A DNA stretch of 64,000 nt from Candidatus Obscuribacteraceae bacterium (GCA_044229845.1 JBGASG010000001.1:416001-480000); one strand, 5' to 3'. Counted from the first letter of the stretch, positions 28,638 to 39,012 are shown. The notes: a model not told the origin generated them from the sequence alone. Numbers and translations: made by a program.

Positions 28638-29465
28638 CTACATAGACTGGACGCGGCTGACCGTTTGCGCCAGCGCGCGTGCTAACCCTGTCGAGGTTAC
28701 TTGCGTGAAAGGCTTGACGTCGACGATGTCATAGCGGGCATGCTGCGCCCTCAGGCGATGATTCAGTTCGCCGAGAAACCGCGAGCCGTTGGTATCATTG
28801 CCGATTTGCAAAAACGTGATTGCTACTTCCTGCGCATCAGTCATGTGCTGAGTCGCTTCAACGATAGCTTCGCGCAAATGAATCGGGCTGTCCGGGCAGC
28901 CATCGGTGACGATGGCGATCAGCAGCGGCTTGGCATGAGCATCTTGTTGGCGATTGGCAAAATAGGCTGCCAGTTGGCTGCGCAGAGCGGCTGCCGTGTC
29001 CGTTCCGCCGTCGCACTGCGCTTTCTCAAAGATGGGCGCGACGGCATCGGCGCGAACGTTCTCGTTGACGTCGATGTTATCTGAGTAGAGCACCACTTTG
29101 ATGCCCGACGGCAGGACATCGCGCGTCTGCACGGCGATGTCCTGAGCTTGTTCTCGGCACCACTGCCAGCGGCTGATCCGGTTGCCGGACGCTGCACTTG
29201 TGCAATCGGTCTTAGTCATCGAACGCGATTTGTCGATGATCAAAACGACGTCGCGTTCACCCAGTTGATTCAGTTCTTCGGCGGAGAGTCGCGTGGCGTT
29301 GTTGCCGACCACCGCGCTCAAGGTGCGTTCCGTCGCCGGGCTCGGCGACTGCGCCTTCAGCGTACCGAAGTACATGGTTAAGTTACCTGCGAAGCAAGGT
29401 GCGAGGAAAAAATTGGACAGCAGCATAGCGCACGTCCAACCCATAAGGGGCCGACTGATGTTCAT
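28638..29465 (-). CDS. Exported von Willebrand factor A domain protein
   Basis: Signal peptide; MIDAS residues DKSRS, GGT, VTDG. Confidence 0.88.
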   Translation of the reverse strand: MNISRPLMGWTCAMLLSNFFLAPCFAGNLTMYFGTLKAQSPSPATERTLSAVVGNNATRLSAEELNQLGERDVVLIIDKSRSMTKTDCTSAASGNRISRWQWCREQAQDIAVQTRDVLPSGIKVVLYSDNIDVNENVRADAVAPIFEKAQCDGGTDTAAALRSQLAAYFANRQQDAHAKPLLIAIVTDGCPDSPIHLREAIVEATQHMTDAQEVAITFLQIGNDTNGSRFLGELNHRLRAQHARYDIVDVKPFTQVTSTGLARALAQTVSRVQSM

Positions 29466-29569
29466 CCCGATGTTCTCTCAAACTATGTGGGAGAACGTGA
29501 CGGCGCAACTCTACATTAGTTCCAATCATGCTGGTTGGAATCAAGTAACGCAGCTGTTCAATTCAAAAC

Positions 29570-29743
29570 TCAATTCTTCGGAATGGCGAACTCTTCCATC
29601 GCATGGAAGTCATCTACTATGACTTGCGCTGACTTGCGCCAGAGTCGCTTCATAGTTTCGTCATTCTCGAAAGCGATCATCTCATCGCGATCTATGACTT
29701 CGGACTTGGTAATTTCAGCTTTGATAAATTCAAGCAATGCCAT
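29570..29743 (-). CDS. Small 57 aa protein below the ORF-track cut-off (MALLEFIKAEITKSEVIDRDEM...)
   Basis: ATG with a GGGGG RBS-like run; protein-like acidic composition; same strand as the vWA gene. Confidence 0.55.
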   Translation of the reverse strand: MALLEFIKAEITKSEVIDRDEMIAFENDETMKRLWRKSAQVIVDDFHAMEEFAIPKN

Positions 29744-30043
29744 CTAGTTTGCCCCCGCAAAACATCGACCGCCCTAACCGCACATTTATATCGAACGAGT
29801 GTCTGCCTATATACGGGGTTTTCCAAAGTTGGACACTTAAAGCCCACAATTTATCTGACTGACGTGATTCGATATCGGTATCGCCGGCGGTATCACATTT
29901 CAGCGCTTCAATCAGGGCTCAAGCTGCACCAGGTCGCAGCTGCGGAGATTTCCAGGGAAAATACTGGTCAAATCGCCAAAACTGCGCTTATACTGATGAT
30001 GTCAGTGGTTTCCTCTGTCGTCCCCTTACTAAGCAAAATCATC

Positions 30044-30568
30044 ATGAAGCTATCTATCTGCACTGCTGTGGCGGTTTTACTCCTGTCTCCCGCGATTGCA
30101 TTGGCGCAAAACGGCAACCTGCCTGCCGTTCAAAACTCATACATGTCCGGATCGTCGAGCCGCAGCGCTGCCATGCAGGAGCAGCAGAAAATGCAGCAAC
30201 GCATGAAGCTCCAACAGATGCAGGCGGGCGCTCGCCAGGGCGCCGGAGCCGGCAGAGCCAATCTGGGGCAGACATACGGGCAACCGCAACCCCAGCAACA
30301 GATACAGCAGCAACAAGCAGCGGCTGGTATGCCGGTGCAGTCGATGATCAACAACGGGCTGCCGCAGGTTAGAACCAGTCGCTACTGTGGGATGCCGGGC
30401 GAGGACATGGTGAAAAACAACGTCCGGTCAGCAGCCATTCAGGCGCGTAATCCCAAGCCGGTGGTGAGGGCACAGCCCAAGCCGCAGGTGCCGCAGGGAC
30501 CCACATATTCATACTCGGGCGGCTACGACTATAAGAGCAGTCCGGGCGATCAGGGCGGCCAGCAATAG
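30044..30568 (+). CDS. Exported Gln-rich hypothetical protein
   Basis: Signal peptide ending ALA; poly-Q segments. Confidence 0.75.
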   Translation: MKLSICTAVAVLLLSPAIALAQNGNLPAVQNSYMSGSSSRSAAMQEQQKMQQRMKLQQMQAGARQGAGAGRANLGQTYGQPQPQQQIQQQQAAAGMPVQSMINNGLPQVRTSRYCGMPGEDMVKNNVRSAAIQARNPKPVVRAQPKPQVPQGPTYSYSGGYDYKSSPGDQGGQQ

Positions 30569-30584
30569 TCCTCTCTAAACCAGG

Positions 30585-31208
30585 CTAGGTTTCGTCCTTG
30601 ACCGTCTGCTTGTCCAGAAAACTGCGCCCGCGCAGCCGGGTGCCGGAGCTGGTGTCCACCGTGCCGCCCTCTACCGCATCGCCGTCGGCGGCAATCGAGC
30701 CAGCCGTGCCTGTATCGCGTGCGCCGGTGGCGCTGTCGGACTGATCGGCAAACATGTCCGCGCCCCATTCCGGTACGTCAGGCACGGTCAGGAGATAGCA
30801 AATATAGGACGGCATGATGGCGCATAAGAATGGAAAGACGATATAGCAAAACTCGGCGAAGTCCTCTGGAATCACGGAGAAAATCGGTGCAAACAGTCTG
30901 TAGAGCGCCGGTCCGAAGATTGTGGTGACCAGACAAATGGTGATTAAGTTAAGCGTAGCCGGCATCCAGAACGCGTGGGAGGCTTTGCGTTTGCCGGCAG
31001 GCAGAAGGGCCAGTTTGATGGAAACCCAGTAGGCTGGATAAATGGGTAGCAGGCTGAGCCAGGTAGCCGGAACCGGACCATCGCTGCTGTCCACTCCCAG
31101 CATCGGCGAGACTAGAGCCGTGATCAGAATTAAGGGCACACTGACGATAAAGCAGATAATAAAGAATACAAACCAGGCGACCGTTTTTCGCAAGAACGAA
31201 AAGTGCAT
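30585..31208 (-). CDS. Four-TM membrane protein
   Basis: Four hydrophobic segments and an acidic tail. Confidence 0.75.
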   Translation of the reverse strand: MHFSFLRKTVAWFVFFIICFIVSVPLILITALVSPMLGVDSSDGPVPATWLSLLPIYPAYWVSIKLALLPAGKRKASHAFWMPATLNLITICLVTTIFGPALYRLFAPIFSVIPEDFAEFCYIVFPFLCAIMPSYICYLLTVPDVPEWGADMFADQSDSATGARDTGTAGSIAADGDAVEGGTVDTSSGTRLRGRSFLDKQTVKDET

Positions 31209-31247
31209 AGATTAACGCAATCCCTTAAAAGGTCTGTCTGCAGTTAA

Positions 31248-31793
31248 TTATGCCCCGGTTTGCTTCCACCGGATGCTTTTGAAGGAGAACATAACCTCCA
31301 GCAAGTGGCTGGAGTATTGTTCTTCTGGAGACATGAAGATGACTTCTTGAACCAGCCTGCCATCGCCGAGACAGTCGACCAGCACCCAGAAGAGTTCTTC
31401 CTTCGTTTTCAACCAGCAACCGCTGATGACCAGGGCATCCTTGCCATTCCAGCTCTCCAGCGAGAACTTGGACGGTGTGAAGGTGCGCGGGCTTTCGGCT
31501 CCGCGCAAAAGGTCTGAGTACTCTTCCAGATTTTCCTTCAGCAAGCAACGTGGCGTAGAAGCGAAGAGCGCCTGGACGCGTGCTGCCTGAACGTCGTCGT
31601 ACGGGCTGAGCTGCAGGAAGATCGAAAACTGCACGCGCGAGTCGCGCGGTGAATAGCAAGTCATTTGCTGGCGGCGTCCTGCGATTTGTTTGATGCGCCC
31701 CTCTGCCGAGCAGATCCATCCGGCGGGCAATAACAAGTGCTCGATGCTGCCGAAGTTGGTGATTTCCAGATTTTTGCCAGTCACAGTGCTCAT
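31248..31793 (-). CDS. Hypothetical protein coupled to the giant gene (candidate immunity or chaperone; PsbP/Mog1-like LPxGW...LNG pattern)
   Basis: ATG at 31793 overlaps the giant gene's TGA (ATGA). Confidence 0.7.
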   Translation of the reverse strand: MSTVTGKNLEITNFGSIEHLLLPAGWICSAEGRIKQIAGRRQQMTCYSPRDSRVQFSIFLQLSPYDDVQAARVQALFASTPRCLLKENLEEYSDLLRGAESPRTFTPSKFSLESWNGKDALVISGCWLKTKEELFWVLVDCLGDGRLVQEVIFMSPEEQYSSHLLEVMFSFKSIRWKQTGA

Positions 31794-34700
31794 CTCCACA
31801 GTGCTCCATAAAGAGCGCCTGCCGGCGCGGTCATATTTTGACTGGAACCCCACTGGTTGCTGATGTCGACCAGTAAGTGTCCCGGGTTATTTGGATCAGG
31901 ACGATATCCAGTGACGAGCACTACGTGGCTGCCGCCGCCGCTCTGTCCAAACAACGGATTGCGCGTGTCGACCCAAACTACTGCAGGCAATTTACCATTG
32001 TTCTGGATTAGCAGGCGTTCGAACTCATCAACTGTCTGAGGTGCCAAAATGTCGTTCTGGAATTTTGGTGCTATCCAAGATTTGTTGCCGGCGAAGATAA
32101 ATCCGGTCTCGCTGCCTGGCGCGATCGAACCGTCGGGCAACCGATTCGGCACGATCTGATTGTAGACGCCTTGCAGGTCTTCGGTGGGAATATTTGGTCT
32201 GGTACTAATTTGATATTCTTTGAGGTGCCCATTTTCCAGACGGTATAGAACTAAGTGTTCACCGTCCGGATTGCCGGGTGACGGCGGGTCTTTGAAATAC
32301 TGGATGCGATCACCCGGTTGTACTTTGATGACCTGTCTGGTGGCGTCATCGATGTACTCGGTGGCATTCGCCCAGTGTGTGTTGACGGCGACGTTCTGGA
32401 ATATCTGGTCGGCCCAGTTTCGGTAACCGTCGACTTTGATGTCCGGCGGGAAACGTCCGTTGAAGTTCTTGTCGAACGCTTTGGACAAGACATCGGTGGA
32501 TTTGGTTGATTTGTCCCAGCCGTGGACGGCGTCGGCGTAGTAATCCAGACCATCGACTCGCGATATGTCGACGACCACGCCGTTTGGCAGAGTGGTCTTG
32601 CCGGACAGAGCCGCATCGACAATCAAACGTGCTGCATCTTGCGGTGACTTAGTGAATACGCGCCCTTCGATGGTGGCGACGTTGCAGGTGAGGTTTGTGC
32701 CCTGATCGATTGTGTGGGGATTGGCGGCGTTGAACATAATTTGTTCTGCCAGTTTGACACGCTCGGCTTCGGAGAGCGCGGCATTGGTGCCGGCTCCGAG
32801 CAGGCGATCGATTTGCTGGTAAACACCGGCGACTTCCTCTCTGGTCAAGCCATTGATTGCCGCGGTGCGTTCAAAGTCGCTGGACAGTTGCAAGAAACGA
32901 TTACGCTGTGCCAGGTCGCCGAAGGCATGGTTGGCCAGTGCTCTGTAATTGGCACGCTCTACGTCGAGCGCTGCCGGCGTCCACTCATGGAAGCCGTTGC
33001 GGAACACTTTCTCGATGCTGCCATCTACGCTCTGTAATTCTACAGGCTTGTTGGCGTCGTTGGGAGTAAGGCGAAGTTTGCCGTCGCCCTGTACTTCGAC
33101 CTTGCCTTCGAATCTTTCGGAGACCCAGGTATTTGAGCCGCGCTGCGAAGTGCTCTTGGTCCAGGTAGCGCCACCATCTGTGGTGATGTAAGCAGTAAAA
33201 TTGCCTTGACCATCGGAGACTTGCAGACTGTTCAATCGCCCCTGCTGGTCATACTGATACTCGATGTTGCGGCCGGTCGGGTGCGTTACCTGCTGTACCT
33301 TTTGTTGAGCATCGCGGGCGACTTCCTCACCGGTAAAACTTCTGGAAAGCGAAGTGCCGTCCTGTCTGACGATCACATCGCCTTCCGGTTTGCGATAAAG
33401 ATAGCTGCCGTCTTCCAGAGTGCGACCGCGTGTCATGCCAATCGTCAGCTCAGGTCCATGCTCCTGTCCCAGGTGAATTTTGTCGGTGTCTTTGAGATAC
33501 GAAGCATTGTTGTCGGCGGCGTAAACAAACTGGTCGCTGCCTTTGGCTCGTTCGTATACTTTGCCGTCTTTGATCAGTGTGTACGAGCCATCGGCATGCT
33601 CGATGTAGGTGCCGTTGGACGAAGTATCGGTGAAGACAAACTGTCCGGTTCGTTGATCTTTGGTCAGGAAACCATGATTGCGTGATACCTGGTTGTCAAT
33701 GATGTCCTGCGATCCACTGTTGAGTCCGGGGAATTCTCTGCCGACCGGAATACGGCCGTCGGGACCTGGATACAGATATTGACCGTTGAGCGACACTTCG
33801 TAATGGATTGGGCCGTCAGCTTTGAAAATATCGATGGACGGACCGTTTACGCCGCCGACGCGCAATTGATCGTAAGGACCGACTTCATAGCGCTGGCCTT
33901 TGGGGAGCTGTTCCCACTGATCCGAACCGTGCTTCTTGATGAAGGTCCCGTTGGTGGAGTTGTTGTCGGTGAAGTAGTATTTGCCGTCTTTGAATTCCAG
34001 CTTGCCCTGGTCTCGCGAGACCGTCGGGATATCGCCGAGCGTGGAGTTGGTGTCGCGGCCGATTTGCAGTTCGCCGTTGGTTAGCTTGTAGTCGCGTCCA
34101 TTTATAGAAACGATGACATCTTCCGGACCGTTCGGCTTTTCCGGTTTGAATTTATTGATCCGATCCCAGACGCCGTTCCAGGCATCGGCCAGTCTTTGCT
34201 TGATCCGACCGAAGAAACCGTTGTCGCCAAACCCACCGGTGGGTGGCGCGCCAGGCGCTTCGTTGGCGCGCAACTCGCGCACCTTATCGTTGAATTCTCT
34301 GGTCTTGTAGGCGAAGACCTCACCTTCTGCCGAAGCTTGAGATTCTTTCAGCAAGGCATTTCTAGCTGCCTGAGCTTTCTCTCCTGTGATACCGGACTTG
34401 GCGAGAATCTGGTCGACTTCAGCCTCGGTCAGGCGAGCACGTCCTTGTTTAACTGCATCGGCCAGCACCGGTTCGAGATTGGCTTTCAGAGAGGCTGCTG
34501 CTGCTTCATCCAATCCCACGCCGGCAGCTGTTTTTGCGGCGGCAGCGGCGGCTGCTCTGCCGGATATCTCGATGGCTGCGCCACCAACGATGGGGGCAAA
34601 GTTTAGTGCTCCGTCGACAACACCCAGTCCGATCTGTTTGAGGATGTTGGCGGTTGATCCGTCGAAATCGTTGCCTTCGACAGCTTTGAGCACCGCAATG

Positions 34701-37700
34701 CGGGCTACCGGATCGAGAGCAGCTGCCGCGGCGCCGATAGCCAGAACTACCTCCGGTGCCAGAGTACCACCCGACGCCGCAATAGCGAGAATGCCGCTGG
34801 CGACAAAGAGTGCTCCTTCGCCGAACTGGATCAGTTTCTCGGCAAAATCCTTTTTTGAATCTTTGTACTGTTGCAGGCTCTCTTCGAAAAACTGCATGAG
34901 CTGAGCTTGATCTGCAGCGGAGAGATTGCGGCCGTCAAGCTGGTAATGTTGCAGCGCTTCGGCATAAAGTTGCAGCGAGCGCTGTGCTGTTTGCAAGGTG
35001 CCATCGGGACTATAGCCGCTGTCGCTATGTTGTAAGCGCCCCAGGGCATCGAAATAGAACTGGCGACCGTCGGAGTGAACCGGTGTCAAAAGCGTTGCAT
35101 AGTTGGACTTTTCTTTGCCGTCTACCTTGCGCAGGAAATCATCGTCGAGGTCGGAGCCATAACGTTTGGCGTAGTCTTGTTTTAGTTGCTGCAGCGCCGC
35201 CGGATCGAGCTTCTGCAAGTCGGCTTTGAAATCACCGTATTTGGTGCCGTCGCCGACCGCGAAAGAGCGCAGGCGATCGGCGAGGTCGATATTGCCGCCC
35301 CGTTCCATGATGGACTTGGCGAATTTTATCTGGTTGTCGTCGGTCAATTGCAACCGATACAGATAGTCTTCTTGCTTGTCTTTTGGCTGTTTGGCAATCT
35401 CTGAAAGAACGTCTGTGCGGGGGAAGCCCATCCAGATCTTGTCGTCGAGGTTCAGCTTGCCGTCTTGAAGCATGCGGGCGAAGAATGGTTGTGGATCGCT
35501 TCCTACCGAAAAGGCACCGGATGGTCGTCGACTTTGACCTTCATTGAGGATGCGACCGAAGGTGCCTGCCATCACACCGGCAATGGCGAAAACGCGCGGG
35601 TCTTCGTCGCGCTGATTCCAGCCCAAGCCGATGCTCGAATTCAGGCGACCGTCTTTCTTTAGCTGGTCGCGCAGGTTCTTGTCCTGCAATACGACTTCCA
35701 GGTCTTTGTAAAGCTGTTGTGCGCTGGCACCGGTGATGGAGTCATAAAACAGTTTGTCTTGCGGATTGAGTTCGTTAGCCCGCGGAATCTTGCCGGTCTC
35801 TTTGAGAGCTTGCAAAAGATCTTGAGCGAGAAACTTGTGCGCGTCGTCCAGTTCTTTGCTGACTTTGTCGTCGACTTGCTTGCGATATGCTTCATCCGTG
35901 CGGTAACGCACTTGTTCGGCCGGACTCATGAAGTAGATGCTTTCGATCATGCCGTTCTTGTTGTCTTTGGAGACATCGAGCACGGAGCGATGCACTTCTT
36001 GCGAGAGTTCGTAGGACGAAGCACCGACTTTGCTGTCGAACAAGTCGAGGGCGCGCTGCTTGACGTTGGGGTCGAGATTGAAGGAATTGAGCGCGCGCTC
36101 CAGGTCCTGGCGGAATGCCGGGTTTAGCTTTGGATCGTGTCCGCGTCTATAATCCGTCTCACTCAGGTGTTCGATTGCCGAGTAGATTTCTTCAGGCTTG
36201 TGGTGGTCGGAAAGTTCGCTTATTAAAGATCCGCCGCGGATCAGTTTGTCTTCCCACTTTGTCAGGTCATTGACTGTGTGCTGGCGGTCAGGCTCGCGCT
36301 GATCTATCAGTTGATTGGCAGCGTCGACATCATTCTTCTTGGCGCCGTCATAACGTGACTCGATGATGTCGCGCGGGAAGCCCAATTCGGCTAGTTCCCA
36401 CGGACCCCACTTACCTTTGTCCAGCAGGTTGAAAATCCAGCTGTCGGCGGATCCGCCTTGGTTAAGACCGTTCTTGTTGTAACCGTCGTAGATGGCTTGT
36501 TTGATGATGCCATTCACGATGCGGTCTTGTAGCCATTGATCGCGGTCACCATTAGGAACACCGGTAGGATCGCTGTTGATGCGCTTGAGCCGATCCCGCA
36601 GCTGCGGATCTGACTGTATTAATGCTTCCGCATCGAGCATGATGCGTTGCGGACTGGCATGCATCGCGCGGTCGTACAAAAGCTTGTCGAGCGGGTTGAG
36701 CTCCTGGATGTTCTCGCCGTTTTTCAAGCGCTTCAGCAAGTCTTGCGTCAGAACGGCGTCGGCGTCTTTTAGTTTGCCGGCTTTGTCGTCGATTGATTTA
36801 CGGAACCCTTCATCGGTGCGATAACGCTCGTAATCGGCAGTGCTCAATCCGATTTTGTCTTGCAAGTATCTGCCGATGTCGGGCTTCGTTTCGTTATATA
36901 GATCCGGTGCGGGAGACTGACCGGTCGAAAGGTTTTCCAGCGCGCGGTGCACTTTGACATAGAAGTCGCGGTCGGACTGATCTTCAGGCAGCAGGGGTCC
37001 CTGCCAGCCGCTCTGGAATCTGAGCTCCAGCTCGCGCCCGTGGGCGTAACGGCGGCGCTCTTCAGGCGACGCGTTTTCGAGAGCCAGCTCGACGTTTTTC
37101 TTGTTGCTGCCGCCGAAATAACCGGCGTTGTTCACATCAGCTATTGTTTCCAGCGAGATGTGACCTTGCTGCAAAATGTCGTTGGCGATGCGCTTATCTT
37201 TGCCGAAAGCGTCATTGAGTTGTTGGACGAAATCCGGGTTGTGCTGCAGCGTCAGGCGCGCTGCCATGGCTGAGTTGTCGCTGCCTCGCAGTGCGATAGC
37301 CAGGAGGCTCATGTCTTTGTTTTGCACTGCCATTTGAGCCAGTGTTACGTCATCGGCGGCGGTGCGGTTGTCGATGCCCTTTTGCAAAATTTTCAGGGCT
37401 TGTTTGGTTTCTTCGCTGACGTTCGGAGTTTCGTTGATGGCATCGATGTATGACTTACCGTAGACTGCTCGGTAATCTGCATCGAGTTGCTGAATTTGAT
37501 CGGAGCGCAGTGTCGAAAAAATCTCGCGGATGTTTTTGTCCGAATCTTTGTTGCCGTCGCGCAATCTTTGTAGTTCGTACGCGAGTTGTCCGGCATCGTT
37601 GGTGTGATCGTCTTTGCGATTGAGAATCGCGATCAACTTTTCGGCGTCTGAACCGCCCAGCTTCTTGATGTCGTTAAGCAGCGCGTCAGGTCCCTGATTG

Positions 37701-38038
37701 TTGAACTTCTGCTGATACGTGCTGGTCAGAGCTTTGCGATCGTCTTCGCTCAATGTGGAGAGAATGCGCTCGGCGCGATCTTTGTCTTTGTCGTTCAGCG
37801 CGTCGTGCAATTTCTGCGCGATTACCTGACGAGTGGGATCGTCGAGAGTCGGCGGTTTATCGACCGTGACCGATGGCAGCCCGGTATTGTCCGCGGAGGC
37901 ACCGGCGCGCTGCTGCGTGACGATTGCCGAGTTGCCCGGCGTCGTGAGCGAGGCATCGTCGTCAACCTTGGTGGTATCGGTTGCCGGCTTAGTCTGAACT
38001 GGACGGTCGGCGACCGCAGTTTGATCGTTTTCACCCAT
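31790..38038 (-). CDS. Giant (~2,082 aa) multidomain protein: annexin-like repeats, hydrophobic hairpin, 2 FHA domains, YD-like repeat, C-terminal papain-like Cys peptidase
   Basis: FHA motifs GR...SRxH/Q...S(T)NGT twice; YQYDQQGRL; DQGxxxTC, SHVVLVTGY, NQWG. Confidence 0.85.
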   Translation of the reverse strand: MGENDQTAVADRPVQTKPATDTTKVDDDASLTTPGNSAIVTQQRAGASADNTGLPSVTVDKPPTLDDPTRQVIAQKLHDALNDKDKDRAERILSTLSEDDRKALTSTYQQKFNNQGPDALLNDIKKLGGSDAEKLIAILNRKDDHTNDAGQLAYELQRLRDGNKDSDKNIREIFSTLRSDQIQQLDADYRAVYGKSYIDAINETPNVSEETKQALKILQKGIDNRTAADDVTLAQMAVQNKDMSLLAIALRGSDNSAMAARLTLQHNPDFVQQLNDAFGKDKRIANDILQQGHISLETIADVNNAGYFGGSNKKNVELALENASPEERRRYAHGRELELRFQSGWQGPLLPEDQSDRDFYVKVHRALENLSTGQSPAPDLYNETKPDIGRYLQDKIGLSTADYERYRTDEGFRKSIDDKAGKLKDADAVLTQDLLKRLKNGENIQELNPLDKLLYDRAMHASPQRIMLDAEALIQSDPQLRDRLKRINSDPTGVPNGDRDQWLQDRIVNGIIKQAIYDGYNKNGLNQGGSADSWIFNLLDKGKWGPWELAELGFPRDIIESRYDGAKKNDVDAANQLIDQREPDRQHTVNDLTKWEDKLIRGGSLISELSDHHKPEEIYSAIEHLSETDYRRGHDPKLNPAFRQDLERALNSFNLDPNVKQRALDLFDSKVGASSYELSQEVHRSVLDVSKDNKNGMIESIYFMSPAEQVRYRTDEAYRKQVDDKVSKELDDAHKFLAQDLLQALKETGKIPRANELNPQDKLFYDSITGASAQQLYKDLEVVLQDKNLRDQLKKDGRLNSSIGLGWNQRDEDPRVFAIAGVMAGTFGRILNEGQSRRPSGAFSVGSDPQPFFARMLQDGKLNLDDKIWMGFPRTDVLSEIAKQPKDKQEDYLYRLQLTDDNQIKFAKSIMERGGNIDLADRLRSFAVGDGTKYGDFKADLQKLDPAALQQLKQDYAKRYGSDLDDDFLRKVDGKEKSNYATLLTPVHSDGRQFYFDALGRLQHSDSGYSPDGTLQTAQRSLQLYAEALQHYQLDGRNLSAADQAQLMQFFEESLQQYKDSKKDFAEKLIQFGEGALFVASGILAIAASGGTLAPEVVLAIGAAAAALDPVARIAVLKAVEGNDFDGSTANILKQIGLGVVDGALNFAPIVGGAAIEISGRAAAAAAAKTAAGVGLDEAAAASLKANLEPVLADAVKQGRARLTEAEVDQILAKSGITGEKAQAARNALLKESQASAEGEVFAYKTREFNDKVRELRANEAPGAPPTGGFGDNGFFGRIKQRLADAWNGVWDRINKFKPEKPNGPEDVIVSINGRDYKLTNGELQIGRDTNSTLGDIPTVSRDQGKLEFKDGKYYFTDNNSTNGTFIKKHGSDQWEQLPKGQRYEVGPYDQLRVGGVNGPSIDIFKADGPIHYEVSLNGQYLYPGPDGRIPVGREFPGLNSGSQDIIDNQVSRNHGFLTKDQRTGQFVFTDTSSNGTYIEHADGSYTLIKDGKVYERAKGSDQFVYAADNNASYLKDTDKIHLGQEHGPELTIGMTRGRTLEDGSYLYRKPEGDVIVRQDGTSLSRSFTGEEVARDAQQKVQQVTHPTGRNIEYQYDQQGRLNSLQVSDGQGNFTAYITTDGGATWTKSTSQRGSNTWVSERFEGKVEVQGDGKLRLTPNDANKPVELQSVDGSIEKVFRNGFHEWTPAALDVERANYRALANHAFGDLAQRNRFLQLSSDFERTAAINGLTREEVAGVYQQIDRLLGAGTNAALSEAERVKLAEQIMFNAANPHTIDQGTNLTCNVATIEGRVFTKSPQDAARLIVDAALSGKTTLPNGVVVDISRVDGLDYYADAVHGWDKSTKSTDVLSKAFDKNFNGRFPPDIKVDGYRNWADQIFQNVAVNTHWANATEYIDDATRQVIKVQPGDRIQYFKDPPSPGNPDGEHLVLYRLENGHLKEYQISTRPNIPTEDLQGVYNQIVPNRLPDGSIAPGSETGFIFAGNKSWIAPKFQNDILAPQTVDEFERLLIQNNGKLPAVVWVDTRNPLFGQSGGGSHVVLVTGYRPDPNNPGHLLVDISNQWGSSQNMTAPAGALYGALWR

Positions 38039-38178
38039 TTTTAGTAAAACGAATCCTTCGCTTACTGTGCGTAAGCGTGTGTTCGCGAGCACGCACTCTC
38101 GGTAGCCGCAGCTTGGAGGGAAGCTGCCGGCGAAAAAACGCAGTGCGAAATCTGGTGGTGGTGAACGGGGGTTAGTGA

Positions 38179-38207
38179 ATTATAGAAGTGGCCGCCGGGG
38201 ATGTCAA
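38179..38207 (-). promoter_or_regulatory. Perfect consensus sigma70 promoter for the giant gene
   Basis: TTGACA-N17-TATAAT on the minus strand. Confidence 0.85.
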
Positions 38208-38291
38208 TAAGTGGTGTCTTGACACTCTGGCGGTTTCTTTGCGGGGGTAGCTTGAAGGATAGCGCTTCCGCCTGGAGGAGTTATGGAGCGC

Positions 38292-38882
38292 TTATGGAGT
38301 TTTTGTGGAATTGCCTGCGTTCTGCAATTGATGAGCCTTCCATTCGTCGATGGTTAGGCGGTACAGAACGTGCGGCTTGAGTGGATGTCCAGCATCCAAC
38401 ATCGGGTGATCGAAGTCGTCAGCAGGATTGCGCTTCATATTGAGGCGTTCCATCACCCGCATCGATCGCTGATTCAAAACTGCCGTCATCGACACTATCT
38501 CAGTCAGTCCGATGCGTTCAAATCCATCGCGCATCGATTCTTCGGCGGCTTCCGATGCAAATCCCTTGCCCCAGTAGTTTTTGTCCAGGCGCCAGCCGAC
38601 TTCCACGCAGGGTGTGAAGTGTGCCTCGAATTTCGGTTTGCACAGCCCGACCATGCCGATAAATTTGCCGGTGTCCTTAAGCGTCACGGCCCATAGTCCG
38701 TAGTCGTCTTCGGAAAATGCGGTTTCGATGGTATGCACCATCGATGCAGTCTGCTCGAAAGTGGCGGTGCGCGGAAAGTATTCCATCACCTGCGGGTCAC
38801 TGTTCATCTCGGCGAAAGGTTGAATGTCGGAGATGTGCCAGCGCCTCAAAACCAATCTGGACGTTTCCAAAGGTGCTGTCAT
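38292..38882 (-). CDS. GNAT N-acetyltransferase (RimJ/RimL-like)
   Basis: LETSRLVLRRW, VEVGWRL..YWGKGFASE, NQRSMRVMERL. Confidence 0.93.
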   Translation of the reverse strand: MTAPLETSRLVLRRWHISDIQPFAEMNSDPQVMEYFPRTATFEQTASMVHTIETAFSEDDYGLWAVTLKDTGKFIGMVGLCKPKFEAHFTPCVEVGWRLDKNYWGKGFASEAAEESMRDGFERIGLTEIVSMTAVLNQRSMRVMERLNMKRNPADDFDHPMLDAGHPLKPHVLYRLTIDEWKAHQLQNAGNSTKTP

Positions 38883-39012
38883 GGAGCCCGATTCCTGTCG
38901 CCGCTGATTTATGCTGAGCACTGTAGCCGGTTGAGTGCATTCCTGCAAATGATTTGCTCTCAACAACTGGTACAATTTGACGCTCCCATAAGTCGAGGAA
39001 TACTCGGAAATC

